A stretch of DNA of 64,000 bases from Phoronis australis. Taxonomy: Eukaryota > Animalia > Phoronida. Positions 51,401-64,000 of the stretch are shown one piece after another. The first letter of the stretch is position 1. Each line of letters begins with the position of its first letter. The stretch spans positions 485,950 to 549,949 of the forward strand of contig NMRA01000075.1 of assembly GCA_002633005.1 (NCBI GenBank), written 5' to 3'. A program made the position numbers and the translations under genes. The notes beneath the pieces are model-generated. The model was not told the DNA's origin and did not search any database. It saw only the letters and a program-made list of their open reading frames with translations.

Positions 51401-52872
51401 AGCCATGACTAAACGCCCATACCATGGACATTAACGGTGAAAAAATCGTACTTGAGGTTACCTTTTATAAAAATGCTCTTCCTGGTTATCTTGGAGTGCC
51501 ATTTTTCGTGCTAACTACAGTGCGTTAAGGTGGATGAGAAATACATGTGGAAACGGTAAATATTTTTCACAGGAAAACCGCCGGATATCAAGTATGACAA
51601 GCGGTCAACGTACAGAGCCTAGCACGCGGCACCTCACGAAGATTACGAGGATCTTAGGCCGCTCTCCAACGATAGCTTAAGGAAAACTAACGGACCTTTG
51701 GTGGGAATTAGCCGAGGAATACGTAAATGTTTTAGCAGGTCGATTAGCTGACATATTTTATATTGCGCAAAATAATGAGTGAATATGCACAGCAAGCCAT
51801 CTTGGCTGGCGCGCGCAAGTTTCCAACCTATGTGCATTTGCAAAAAGAGGCGGTCCCTTTTTGTCAACATTTGGCTGACTATTGTAAATCTGTTGCAAAC
51901 ATTTAAGTCTTGCCAACACGCCACCTGTTGGCCAAATCACGTGAAATAATGAATATATGAGTCTGACATATTAATATAGACTGTAAATCTGTTAAAACTT
52001 TGAAGATGAACACTCATTGTGGAAAACATATAGTTTTTGGCCCCATTACATAAGATTTCCTGTCAGTTTGAAGAACCGTGCATGTGCCGACTTAGGGATA
52101 CAATGCATATTCTCCCAAACGCAAGCCAGGCACTCTGTCCTTTGATTTTTGCGATTGGATACTTTTAAACTACATGTATATTACCCATCGGATGATGTTT
52201 TACTGTATAAATCTGTCAAAGTTAGGAACATCGCTGACGCGTCACCTGTTCGAACTCCAATTAAAAGTGTTCCGTCTTTAACTCACGTGTGCTGTGCTGC
52301 TGCCAAAACACAGCTGACCTTGTATGGTGCATTCGTTGTCCTCTGTGCGCGTTACGTGAGAGCATAATTTGAACTATAGTGTTCAAGTTACCGTTGGTTC
52401 TACTTCTCCCAGTGGTGCCAATACACTCATGGTTTCTTTCCTAAGGCATGCGCACTAATGTGTAGCTCAAACAATGATTCATTTTTCCAAATAGCGCGTT
52501 TTCCTACCACATCACGAATCGAACAACGTATGCATAATCAGAGGTGCAATAAACTAGTTCTATATTTTTGTGAAATCGCTAAGTCCTATACGCGGAACTG
52601 TTTGAATGCTATAGAAAAATAGGCGCCTTGATATTTCCATTTTAAGATAGATTTTGCAATTACGTTCCGTCGAGTATCAATGAGGAAACAATTGACTTTC
52701 AATGTATGGTGGAAAGCGTTGTTACGTCATGAGATAACTTGTTAAATTTATTCCACAGCGTTATTAAGTATCCCTCAAAAAATTTGTTTGTACATTGTCA
52801 AGTATTGCAATTATAATATTTAACTGGAATCGTTATCACATGATGCATAATGCATGCCTACTTGCAGGTGCG

Positions 52873-53031
52873 CAGTGGCAGATATAGAGGAGGGCCAAGA
52901 AGGTCATGGTCCCCTATACGATACTCCCAGTTTCCATTTGGAAGTTCGGAGTTGCGAATGTCTGACGGGCAAAATTCTGGCTAATACTCTCCCCTGGCAC
53001 CCCCTAACTCAAAATCCTGGATCCGCCCCTG
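52873..53031 (+). mobile_element. hAT-like MITE with 5-bp TSD
   Basis: CAGTGGCAGAT...GGATCCGCCCCTG with flanks GTGCG/GTGCA. Confidence 0.8.
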
Positions 53032-54701
53032 GTGCATGTGTTCACTAAGATCTAGTGAAAGTACTTTAATAGCGCTCTACACACGCGTCCTTGTGCGTGT
53101 TTCGTGTGGTACAAACAGACGATAATTTGATCGACTTAAAAATAAACCCCCACATTGGCGACAAGCCACCACTTAAATTAAATTGCATGGATTATCGTAA
53201 GACTTTTGACGTGTTTAATCGTCGACGTGAGTTTTGTTCTTTCCGTCTCAGTTTCGTTTTAAATCTGTATTGCTGTTAAACTGAGTGTTTCGTGTTTAGA
53301 AAAATCGTCACCATTTCAGTAACAGTCCCAGCGAGGTTGTTGTTTCACCTAGCTCTGCATCTGTAGTTAGAGAATTAAACAAGCAATTGCCGTTAAATTC
53401 AGGTATCGCAAAATGTCACAAAATGCCAAGTTTTGTATAACCTATAAGATCAATACTTAGGCGCGTGTTCCTTGTAACGAGGCATAATGTTTTTCTTTGA
53501 AATCTGTCGGAGGAGAATTGTAAAATGTAACTGGGTTGTATTCTGGTCTCAAGAGTAGATTTCACTGCGGTTTTTGCAAGATGAATTGCCAAAGCGGTGT
53601 TACATAATATTTTGGGTCAGCCTACAAGTGTTTCACTACCGGCAAATAAACACGAAGCTAGATCGTTTTAGTAATTTGCCCCCACGCATCAACGGTGGTG
53701 CACGAGAACGTTTCCATGACTACATGACAGATTAGACTGAAGCAAGAAACCTTTGGCTGTTGGCAAATGCCAAGCCACTACTGGGACAAGTTTATTAAAG
53801 GGCATTACATGTAAGCTGTTAGAGCTTGGCTTGCGGCAAGATTATACAACACCTCACTTCCAATACGGAAGCTTACGTAGGCCTACGAAAAATGAAAACG
53901 ACTATTGAAGTGGTGAGCCGCGCCATATTAAACAATAATGTCTCCTTCAAATGGGGAAAATGTTAGCGATAGATTGTCGGACCGTAGAAAAAACAACTCC
54001 GTTGATTCTAAAATTAAGACTACATATTTGCCTTTAACTGAGTGCACTCAGTGAACTGGCGGAAGTAGCAGCATGAAAAACAGAAGTGATCCGGCCCAAG
54101 TAATCGCGTAGACAAAAGTCGTAAAAATGAAACAGATGCGAATAAAATCCCTCAAAATTGTGTGTAATCAACACGTCTCAACAAAAATCCATTCCATAAG
54201 CGTGTTTAATAAAGCGCAGGCAACCACACAATTATTTTTCGGCTACGAACGTTTTGATTACATACATGTATATGTCAGTGATGTTGTGTCTTTGTATTTT
54301 AGTGCCGGGCCAGATACTGGACGAAAAAGGCAGCAACATACTTTGCGATGATAGTCGGAGACTGTCGAAATTTATCGAGGATAAGAATGAAACGAAGTCA
54401 CAGACGTAGTGGAAGGTCAATAATGGCAAACAGATAAATGCAAAACGTTTAAAACGTTTGCTCTTTACCTACTCCAATTTTTATGTTTTATTAGTGTGGT
54501 TCCACATGAAAGTCTATTTATACACATGAAAAATGTCTACATTTATTATTATCATATGGAACAAGGCCTACACAATTTAGTGTGGGTGATTCCAAGATGT
54601 CAACTATCCTAATATTTCCGGCCAGTCAGGTCGCGCAAACACGAACATGTAGCAACAACGATAATCCTCCAGCAAAAATTGGTTGTGAAGGAAATCGTTA
54701 A

Positions 54702-55147
54702 GTTTATGTAGGACCTAAGAAAATGTACAAACTTGGCAACCTTTGGAACATCATATCTGCTGAACGGCTTAATTGAGTTCAGAGGAAACTTTTAGATGCT
54801 ATGTTTTATAAGACGCTGTTAAGTATTGTTTTCGAAACGGCGCACCTTTTCAAGAGGGGCTGTCAAAAATAGTACTGTTATGTATTTTGTGAAATCAATG
54901 AGAAGCTGTATAAAAACGAAATGATAATTTTGAAAAAACTGTAACAGGTTTTTGAGATTTCATCCTGAACATTTTTAAGCATATGCAACAAAATTTGGTC
55001 AAGTTAGTAACGCCGTAGGTTTGCTGTGCGTGAACCTTTCTTTTCTGTTGAAAACACCTGGTCACATGATCCAATCATAAAAAGACTGAAACATGGTCAG
55101 TACAAAATCATCTTCCATAGTCTTCCTACTTTCAGGAAAGATATACT
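54702..55147. mobile_element. Possible TTAA-flanked (Kolobok-like) non-autonomous element
   Basis: TTAA on both sides, weak terminal inverted similarity, and internal homology to 1120-1330. Confidence 0.3.
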
Positions 55148-57633
55148 TTAAATGCATTAAATTTTATAGTTTTTAGATGTTTGGCTGAAAGTACAGTACA
55201 GACTGGTCGATACGGTCCTGCATAACATTTACATGTGGATAGTTTAACGATGCTGTTGCGGCGCTTGCAGTGCAGTGACGCCTGTTGCTACAGTAATAAA
55301 ACACCTCGTATACATTTGACTGCCATGCCTGTATAAATCATAAGGTAATTATCGAGTATCTGTCGATAAACCAGCATAAGGTGAACGAGGTTTACCTTTA
55401 GTTTCACATATTTTTAATTTTGTTTCTTCTAAAATGCCCTCTAATGTGAAACAACGATAAACGAGGAAGAGAATGAGAACATACATCGGAGACCTCCATT
55501 AAGACACTTAACACTTGACCACCACTGGACGCTAACTCTATTCAAATGATTTAATATTGCGTGGAATTAGTGTTTCAAACTATCGAATGTAAATGAGCTC
55601 AGCTCATAGTCCACGTCTGGAGCAAATTGAACTGTGAGGATATTGCCTCGCGAGGCTGTGAGGCAAATGTCTCACTTGATTGATTTCTTTTACCTGGAGA
55701 GAGTGCGGGCGAGGTGAGCTAAGTGCTTCATCAATTCACCTTCGGAAGCGAATGAAAATTAATTATTGCACCAACCGATAAATCTCTCCCCCGAAGTGTC
55801 CCTGTGGTTAACAAGGCTCACATTCAGGAGGCAATATTACTCGTTGCTTGGGTACGCAGACGACAGTGTACCCTCAAGTTATTCAGTTCAAAATACACAG
55901 CATAGCATCTAATGAAATATGCATATTTATAATTACATTTTAATTACATTTAACACATACCTTGACTCTAGAGACAATTAAATCAAGATAGTTTAAACAC
56001 AAACATATCCATGAAAATCTGTCGCAGTTCACTCGAGGTTCCGTCAACGGTTGCCATTTTGAGGAAGTTACGCGAAATCACGCCTGTTTACGAACAAAAA
56101 GGGACTCAAATCTTACAAACTCCACCGGATATCTCCCATGCCACTTTTTGCAAATGTCTCCCGCCAGGTCACGCGCTTCGCTCAGTGTCGTACTTGTCGT
56201 TGCCATTGAATTCTACCCCTGGAATGGCATATTCCCGCACGTGACCTATGTATTCTATAATTAGAGCTGTGACACCGAGACTAGCCGCGAGAGTTTGCAC
56301 TGAGAATTTCCGGGTGCCTGCTCGACTGAGTGTTGATCGTGAGTCGTATTTAATTATTCAAGCCTAACTTCATTGCTTCATTTTCATTTTCTTATTGTTG
56401 TTCATCATGCGAGACTCTTGGGGTACGGTTCCGTATAATCAGCGATTTCTCGGCAAAGTTAGTCGACAAAACCCACAGTTGCACCGACCTGTTGCCCTGG
56501 GTGGATGCCGGGAGTAGCTTGGCCTCTGATATCTGTTCAGCTCCAGTCGTAGAATCGCTTTTGACAACCTATCATACTACATGCCAGAAGTTTTTCAACA
56601 AAATATTTTGCTTGTTAAAATCACGTCATTGTATTACAGGGAAAGAAGTTCTATGTGGCCTAAATGAAAAGTTTATGCCCTAAAACAGTTGTATTTACGT
56701 AACTTCCGAAAAATTTATCATCATTGTTTACATGTAAGTGTGTGTGCGCACGCGTGTGGGTTGTGTGTGTTATTACTGTTTTCGAATGTTTCTATAATAA
56801 TTCACTTGTGCAATCTTTACCTGTCACTTGCCCAGAATCCGTTTTTTTGTTAAATCGATTTCTGGGAAGTAGGCCTACTGTTAACTGTAGAATACCCGTG
56901 AAATAAAATTTTAAAAAGCGAAAAGTTTACCTTGTAAAAGAACCCAATCCAATACTTTGTGTTGCTGTTAGAGTACCGTGTATTTGCTAAAAGCCCGCTC
57001 TTGGCGGACTTTCCCGCTTTTTTATTTTTCCGGGATCCCGCCATACCATCCAAGGCATTCAAAATGTCCCACTTTTTGACACACGGCGAAATTGACATAC
57101 TATCATATATTATTGCAATATCTCAAAAACGCACGAATAAAAAAAAGTTGATGTTCATTCAACGTTTCGTTTATTCATAAGACATCATTAGGATAATATA
57201 TTCAATAGTACAGCAAATGTCGAATACCAGGCCAATCAAGTCACGTCCATGTACATGTGGTAAAATGAGAGTAGCAAGAGATACAGGGAATAGTAAGTAG
57301 GTCATCACCAGAGTTCTTGGGTCACTGAGCTCTTATGTTATTGAATCAGTAGCATGCTGGTCATGAATGGCCAACGTAGAGTTTTAGGCTCGTACAGTAT
57401 GGTAGCAATGTTGGAAATAACACTCACACGCAAAATATGGGAACTCAATATAAGCCTGAGAAACTTGTGTCGCCAGTTCGGTTATGTAAGACTGCCCTCT
57501 GAGGGTTCAAGCTGTACCAATTAGTTAACAGTAGCTCTAATGCCATCCGTTTTGGACCAGTATCTAATTTCGAGGTTGACACCCGATGAACGAGGACTAT
57601 TTCTAAGATAAAAGTGGTAAGTTTCTGCCATTT

Positions 57634-57783
57634 CATGGACAGCGCACCCTAGAGGGCTGGGTGGTTATAGGCCCACCACTTTTTACTGCCGGTGCTGCGC
57701 GCCGCTCATGGTCTATAGGCGTTGCACCACAGGGGGGATGTGGGGCTTTAGCCCACACTTTTTTCAGAGCTGCGCCGCCCATG
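57634..57783. mobile_element. Head-to-tail dimer of a hAT-like MITE of about 75 bp, with a single 5-bp TSD
   Basis: Units 57634-57710 and 57714-57783 end GCTGCGCGCCGCTCATG and GCTGCGCCGCCCATG. The outer flanks are CATTT/CATTT. Confidence 0.75.
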
Positions 57784-58364
57784 CATTTTAGCCGTTGACA
57801 AGAGTATGGTAATTTAGTTTGTCACCAATAAAAGGGGGTCACCGGACGCGGTTCGCCCCCAGCTGCCCCCTCCTACGGGTTAAGGTACGCCGACTGCGCC
57901 TTAGTTTGGGATACACAGAATTGAATATGCACGATGCAATGTCATCTGCAGATCCTGAAATGATGGTGATTTGAAAACTTTCCATTTAAAAACAATCAAA
58001 TTTATAACACAAATTCTACGTTAGCTATTACTAAGAACTCATTAATTTACTTTACTTAAATTCAATTATCTTCTTGTCATGAAATCACGACTTTCTTTGA
58101 CATGCTTTCGGAAACGTTGAGTTTTGTGGTGTCGGCAGAAGGGAATGTCTTCTATCGTCTGTAAACTTCAGTCTCTTCATCGGTTTTCTTTTAGTTGACA
58201 CTAAGGGAACTCCCACGAAAATAAGTTTTATTATAATGAGTAAGCGTTTCCATAAAAACCACACTTATATTTACATGGAATTAAATATAACGTGAAACGT
58301 TTTCTAAAATGAGTACACTTGCTCTGCGATGTTGTGGTTCATACGTTTCTTTCAGAGGTGTGTT

Positions 58365-58445
58365 ATCACCCCGGCCAACCTGCGATCGAGAACGCCCGGA
58401 AGGCGATCGAGAACGAAATTGGCGCCAGAAGCGAAGCCAGTGAAG
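58365..58445 (+). repeat. Fragment of repeat family D
   Basis: TCACCCCGGCCAACCTGCGATCGAGAACGCCCGGAAGGCGATCGAGAAC, as at 34800-34850. Confidence 0.85.
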
Positions 58446-60316
58446 GTGAGTAAATTTGATGAATTTTCGTTGGTTTTACTTCCAATGTGAGAACAGAGAC
58501 ATGCGTTCAGAGCCTAAGACATTGAGGAAGGGCAGGTAGAGGTGTAGGCTTTTGTCTTTTCCAATTATATGAGAAAAGTTACGTTAACCGAGGCATTGTT
58601 TAAGCCGAAGGGGATTCGTACATGTATGTCATTTTGACAAATTGCCGTTACTTTTGACAATAAATCAACAAATTGACAATGGAGTTATGAAGAAATGACG
58701 CGTGAAAATATAACGCAACGCTTGTATTTTGTACTTTTGTCAGTATCTCTGATTTTTAGACGCTTTTCTGCTAAAAGATGCGGTCGAGAACGCAACGATA
58801 AGCGATCGGGAACGCAAATTTGTGTTTGTTTACGCAATCGGAACGCATCGTGGTGTGCCGAACAGTAATCAACTTTTTGCCTATAACACTTGAAAAAGGT
58901 TACAAAATAAGTGTGGTGCAATGAATAAATCACATTTTGCATCATTACTGGGTTACTTTCGTATCAACTGAACAACAGCATAGCAAATTTCCATTAAATT
59001 ACCATGAGCACTACATGTACATTAAGCATAACTTTAGTTTCACAAACGAATTTATATCCATTTCAGGAAACAAGTTCACTGTTATTGTGAGGCGAGCTTC
59101 AACGAACATGTTACCCACAACGTGAAGGTTCACCCTACCAGGCTTTTGAAAAGTACAGGCATCTACTTGTAGATGAAACCATTGACAACAAGGGTTTCTA
59201 AACTGATGACTCAAAAAGGAGTTGTTCGATGTGGCGTGTCAGCCAAGGGTCAACAGATTGTTGCAGCAGATGAAAGTGAGTGTACTAGAATTTTCTTGTA
59301 AAATTGTGACAGCAAAAGGAAAAATAAACAAATAGCCAATAAAGTCAAAGAATGATGATGAGCTTGCCCACTGGGAGAGAGGGGAGTGCGGCAACACTTC
59401 ACGAGATGATTCAAAGATTCCCACTCATAAACGTCTGGGATCTAAAAATTGGCCTGAAGTTGTGTAAACTTGTGTGCTGATACAACGGGTGGGATTTTAC
59501 TTGATGTTTTACTGATAACATCGATACTAAGATGAACAGATTGACTTGTGGCACCCGTGTGGCGTGAATGCACGTTGTGTTTGACTATTCTCTTTTCTAG
59601 TTTTGGCTCTAAGTTCACCTTTATCATCAGTTCACGATCTCCAGTTTACGGTGACATTGAAAAAGATTTAGACAATTGTAATACACATACTTATTGTGAT
59701 TTTCCCAAATCATAGTCAACATGTTGTCATTAACGTCACTTCAACTACACACTGTAGTGATTTACACAGGAAATCAACAATATTATAGCTTTTCTATCAT
59801 AATATTAATCTTTTATCACACATATCTCAAAATTGTTCTCACAAAAATAAATAAGTTTATTGCTTTAAGGAAATCAATATTACAAATCCATTGAACATTT
59901 CCAAGGAATTACTTTTGGAATGTATTAGACTAAATCATCCCTGAATCATAGACAATGTATTTAGGACTGATTGATAGTATAATAGTCTCTCACAGGTAAT
60001 CAACAACAATATGAAAGCAATTTCTACAATAATCATAGACATATATTTTCTTTTAAAATACAATTGGTCAGAACAATTGTATGTAAGTATTGCCCAATGA
60101 CACTTAGTATGGCCATTTAGATCTACTTAAACACTATAAAAATGTACTGGTCCTGTTAAAGATTCTTTTGAAATAACACAAATATAGAAAGAAACTTGAG
60201 GAAAAAAGGTTCAAAACAAAACGTCAAAATACTATCACATCAGACAACTCCACAAACACTTTAAATCTGAATAAACTATAGTGACTTAACAACCTTCACC
60301 ACTTGACTTAATGATT

Positions 60317-60553
60317 TCATTCATGACGTTTCTGCTTGCTATGCCTGTAGAAGGAGGCATACTGTTTGCATGACATGCCACATTCACCACAAAAAGAAGT
60401 GTCCTCGCGCTGTGACGCAGTTTCGCATAAGGTCCCTCTTTCCGTGAAACATTGATCGCAGATAGGACACTGCATCGACTTGGTTCTTGAGCACGATGCT
60501 TCATGCTGTGTTTTACTATTTTGGTAAAAATCTTGACGCATGCAACGTGTCAA
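60317..60553 (-). pseudogene. Degenerate C2H2 zinc-finger array
   Basis: CGECGMSCKQYASFYRHSKQKRH is an intact C-x2-C-x12-H-x5-H finger. It is preceded by CPICDQCFTERGTL (histidines lost). There is no credible start. Confidence 0.6.
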
Positions 60554-61284
60554 TTACAAGTCTGGTTAAGGTCTTAATTTATTGTAGGGTCACTGTATTT
60601 TGTTGCCATGTGGTCATACTAAGTCGTTTTCTTAGTTCCTGAACGAGGCTCCACAACACACAAACACAATCCGTTGTGACATGCAGCAGTTGTTCTACTC
60701 TTTTTTCGAAAGCGTGGACGTTTACACCCTGAAGGACTGGTCGTCTGGCTACAGTTCAACTGAAAAAATCAAACGCATTCAGTTATAATTGTTAGGCTAA
60801 ATGTCACATAGAAATAATGAAAAAACGATGAAATGTAATTAATAATCAACCCATTAACTAATTCAGGCTCCGTATTATTCTAAAATTATTGACATACTGC
60901 CGTAACTTGAACGACTATTCAGTCCAACGCAAAGAAAAAAATGCGCGTTCACGGTCGCTTTTTTGCGTTCATGATCGCCATAGAGAATTAACGACTTCGT
61001 TCCCGATCGCCGTCTCACACAAGGACCTGTTTGCATTGGTAAATATCTCAAATTGTTTCCCAAATTATAACTAAAAAGGTGTCACCAGGGACGATTAAAC
61101 TCAAACGTCACACGTCTCTACTTAAGAACCCTGGAATTGTTAACAACATGTAGAAATTGTCAATTTTACGAGGCGCAAGGCATTTTACCGAAAGCCATTG
61201 CTTTTTGAGCTCTTTATGTAAAAAAAATAAGCAAAAGCCAGGTATTATTTTAGATCCATAACAAAGGTTAGACTCTGACGCTTT

Positions 61285-61670
61285 TTTGTGTGTAGCATTC
61301 GTACCAAAGTGGCCTCTATTTATTCAGAAAATGACACTTGAACTCACCGGATACGTCACTGTCGTCTGCCATTTTTGGTGCAAGGTCTCGTTCTCGATCG
61401 CAGTTGGCCGGGGTGATTATGCTCAAACCATTATGTATGCACACAAGTTTCTACCACGATACAGAAGGGCATCAGACACGTGTTGGTTTTGTGGCTAAGC
61501 AACCAGGGTGGTGGCCGGTTTATTGTTTCACCAGTTTCTCATAAACTTCCTTGTTGAGTGGTCCGCCGTCTAGTTTCCAGGGGAAAACTGAAAGAGTAAG
61601 TCACGCGAGATGTGTCGAACACGACCAAAGAAATGTTATTGACATCTGCTCTGCTACGGTTGTAAAATGC
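61285..61670 (-). repeat. Repeat family D, inverted copy
   Basis: The reverse complement is colinear with 34602-34975 and has one tandem unit. Confidence 0.85.
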
Positions 61671-62202
61671 AATCTAAGGATGGGGCACTTACCAAAGGAA
61701 ATGTCGCGAGTACGTTGTTAATTCGTTGAACGAGAGGGACGTATCCAAGGCCACGTGATGTTCGGAGACATTCAGTTACCGTTCGAAACTCGCCCACTAA
61801 TAACTTGAAGATAAAAGTTAATTGGTGTTTTTCACGAGTTCGGTGGACATGAGGCGATTTTGAAAGTTGTTAAAAACAAGTTTCCGATAACCAGCGTGCA
61901 CAAATCCACATACAGAATAAAAGAGTACAAATGTTACCGTCTGTCACACTTAAGGAACATCTTGGTATGGCGCTGCTAGTTTTAAAGTCTATGAAGATTC
62001 ATCGATATGGTCTCATTTCAGACACAATGACCTCTCGTTATTAAATCCACTTATGTCTTGTACTTACAGTTACTCTACAGTTAAACTCTTGTTTAGCACT
62101 CGACGCCAATGGTGCATTAGCAGGTGAAATACAGAGAATTTGATGAAACAAAACTGAGTTTAGAGTAATTTTAATAGAAATCTGCAGTGTATTATAAGGA
62201 CT

Positions 62203-62340
62203 CTAAACACTGTTTTGCTGATTTCAACCAATTCTCGTTCTGTCTATTGCTAAACCACCATTGGGGTCGAGTGATAACAACAGATTTCAACTAAAACCGC
62301 ATTTTAAATTTGACAAGGAGTAGGTTCTTGGTGGGACACC
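62203..62340 (+). repeat. Repeat family C, partial copy 3
   Basis: CTAAAC.CTGTTTTG.TGATTTCAAC ... CAGA.TTCAACTAAAA ... GGTTCTTGGTGGG are shared with 51129-51285. Confidence 0.6.
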
Positions 62341-62361
62341 TTTCCCTACAGTTCGTTTGAC

Positions 62362-63996
62362 CATAGATTATAGACAACAGATTTGCAACTCTGCCATTTA
62401 CTTAGTAATAAGTGCTAACCAAGAGGCGCTGCCACTCTCCTAAATTATTTGGTGCAGTTTCTGGTTAGTGTATTTTGACGGGAAATTCTCACATCTATTT
62501 TGATATCCAGCACAACGAAAAAAAATTGTTTCGGCATTGAAACGATGTTCAAAGTCTTCCAATAGTAGAAGTGTTGGCATCGTGAGTACTTTTGGCAATG
62601 CTACTGGTAATTAATTACAAAATTCAAACTTTTGGTGCCGACTGATTATGTCATCTGCTTGCCCAATAGCAGCATAGCTATCGGACAGCTTGTGATTTAT
62701 GGTTCACATAGGCCTACTGGGAAAACTACGAAAGCATGTTTGTGCACAAATTCCAAGGAGTACCTGTGAATGCAAAAGATACTTATATAATGTTTTGGTT
62801 TACAAAAATATTATTTTTTTCGAATTAAAAATGCGCATCTGCAACGATTTGACTAGTTTAAACTTTGCATGTTTATAAATCAACAATCTCAAGTGAGCAA
62901 TACTGGGAAGTGTTGAGTGGCCCTTAAAACGACCGTTGGTTGTACTGTACATGAGCCTCAGGTACAGCGTCAAATAGTTCTTAAAGGAACAGTTGAATGA
63001 TTCAAGATAAATCACACAGTATACCATGCTCACTCAAGTACTGAAGGTCCCCTTCATTCAAGTTTTCATCTGGGAACTTTGGATGAAAACAGAGGAGATG
63101 ACGATATCGATGACAGTTGTAACACCTGTTCTCCAACGTTTTCACGAACCCTGCCTCTTACAGTTCTTGTTCCTGGATTCCGAAGTAACCCTGAACCCTG
63201 GGGAAAAAACATACATGCACAACAGAAACGAATCGAATTTCTATAACCATTGCCTTCGTACGATTTCGTGTTGCTGTCGCCAGACTGATGTTCCTCCCTA
63301 ACATCAATGTCGAAAATCGACGTTACAGGTGATATAAACTTGTATCCTTTGTTTCTAACTTTTAACCCATTTTTTAAGAAAGACGTGTACTGGTTTTGTC
63401 TAATGTTGATAGAGCATAACTTTTGGTTTTTACAATGCATTAATTGTGTTGAATGCATTCATATTAAGTAGCTTCATTGAGTTGAACGAAAAATAAATTA
63501 AATGTAACACAATAAAGTTTTGAAAATATATAGAGCAGTAACAGGACTCCCTAAGATTTGAGCTGTTTTGGAAAACTTTACGCCGTTGGTGATCTGTTTG
63601 GTTCATGCATTTACGGCGGGAAAATAATAGACCAAGTATCGTGCACGTGTTCAATGTAGCAACACTTTGTATCTAATACTTGTTTGGCCAATCTGTTGAT
63701 ACAGTAAATTTCCTGATTTATGCCCATCCTGATTTGACAGCAACTTGAGCTTGTTGGGTTCTATCATATATTGGGTTGGCATTGGGACCCACATGGTGCT
63801 TACTCGAATGAGCTTCATTTTACCAACTATTTCAAATTGTGTAGGTGAAGTAAATGAACAAAGTGGGTGATTATCATCACCCGGCCGGAATTTCATCATT
63901 AGTATATTTTGCCGAGTGCTCAATTTTTCTGAGACAAGGGATTGTCAGATTTGTAAGGTAGAAGTGTTTCGCTTGATTTCCAGGTCTATGGCGTTA
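62362..63996 (+). repeat. Dispersed repeat F, copy 2
   Basis: Colinear with 39186-40706 and carries about 95 extra bp near the 5' end. Confidence 0.9.
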
Positions 63997-64000
63997 ATTA

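Noticed and set aside
1-64000. The remaining 60-140 aa ORFs in the track
   Set aside because: Their lengths are expected by chance, many use non-ATG starts or lie in repeats, and I recognise no protein family.

Overview
AT-rich, gene-poor eukaryotic DNA, most likely from a lophotrochozoan invertebrate. The taxon is inferred from the neuropeptide family and has not been tested. The only intact protein-coding gene I can support is a minus-strand NKY-type neuropeptide precursor (CDS 3758..3300) with a signal peptide and the C-terminus KK|FWSSLGGGPLSAETKFG...QIFRY-G-K*. It has a clear splice acceptor just upstream of the ATG, a candidate 5' non-coding exon with a TATA/CCAAT promoter at about 10.5 kb, and a proximal TATA plus CRE. 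The rest is mostly decayed transposons and dispersed repeats: a Sola3-like transposase pseudogene with its CTC-TTAA end, six hAT-like MITEs with 5-bp target duplications (one is a dimer), a 24-bp P-like mini-element, Crypton-, Harbinger- and CACTA-like remnants, a LINE 3' fragment, a Tudor-knot-like pseudo-exon, C2H2 zinc-finger remnants and two tRNA-like folds. Comparing paralogous repeats shows TA sites expanded to TACATGTA and TAGGCCTA, which are probably excision footprints. All assignments were made by eye without database searches.
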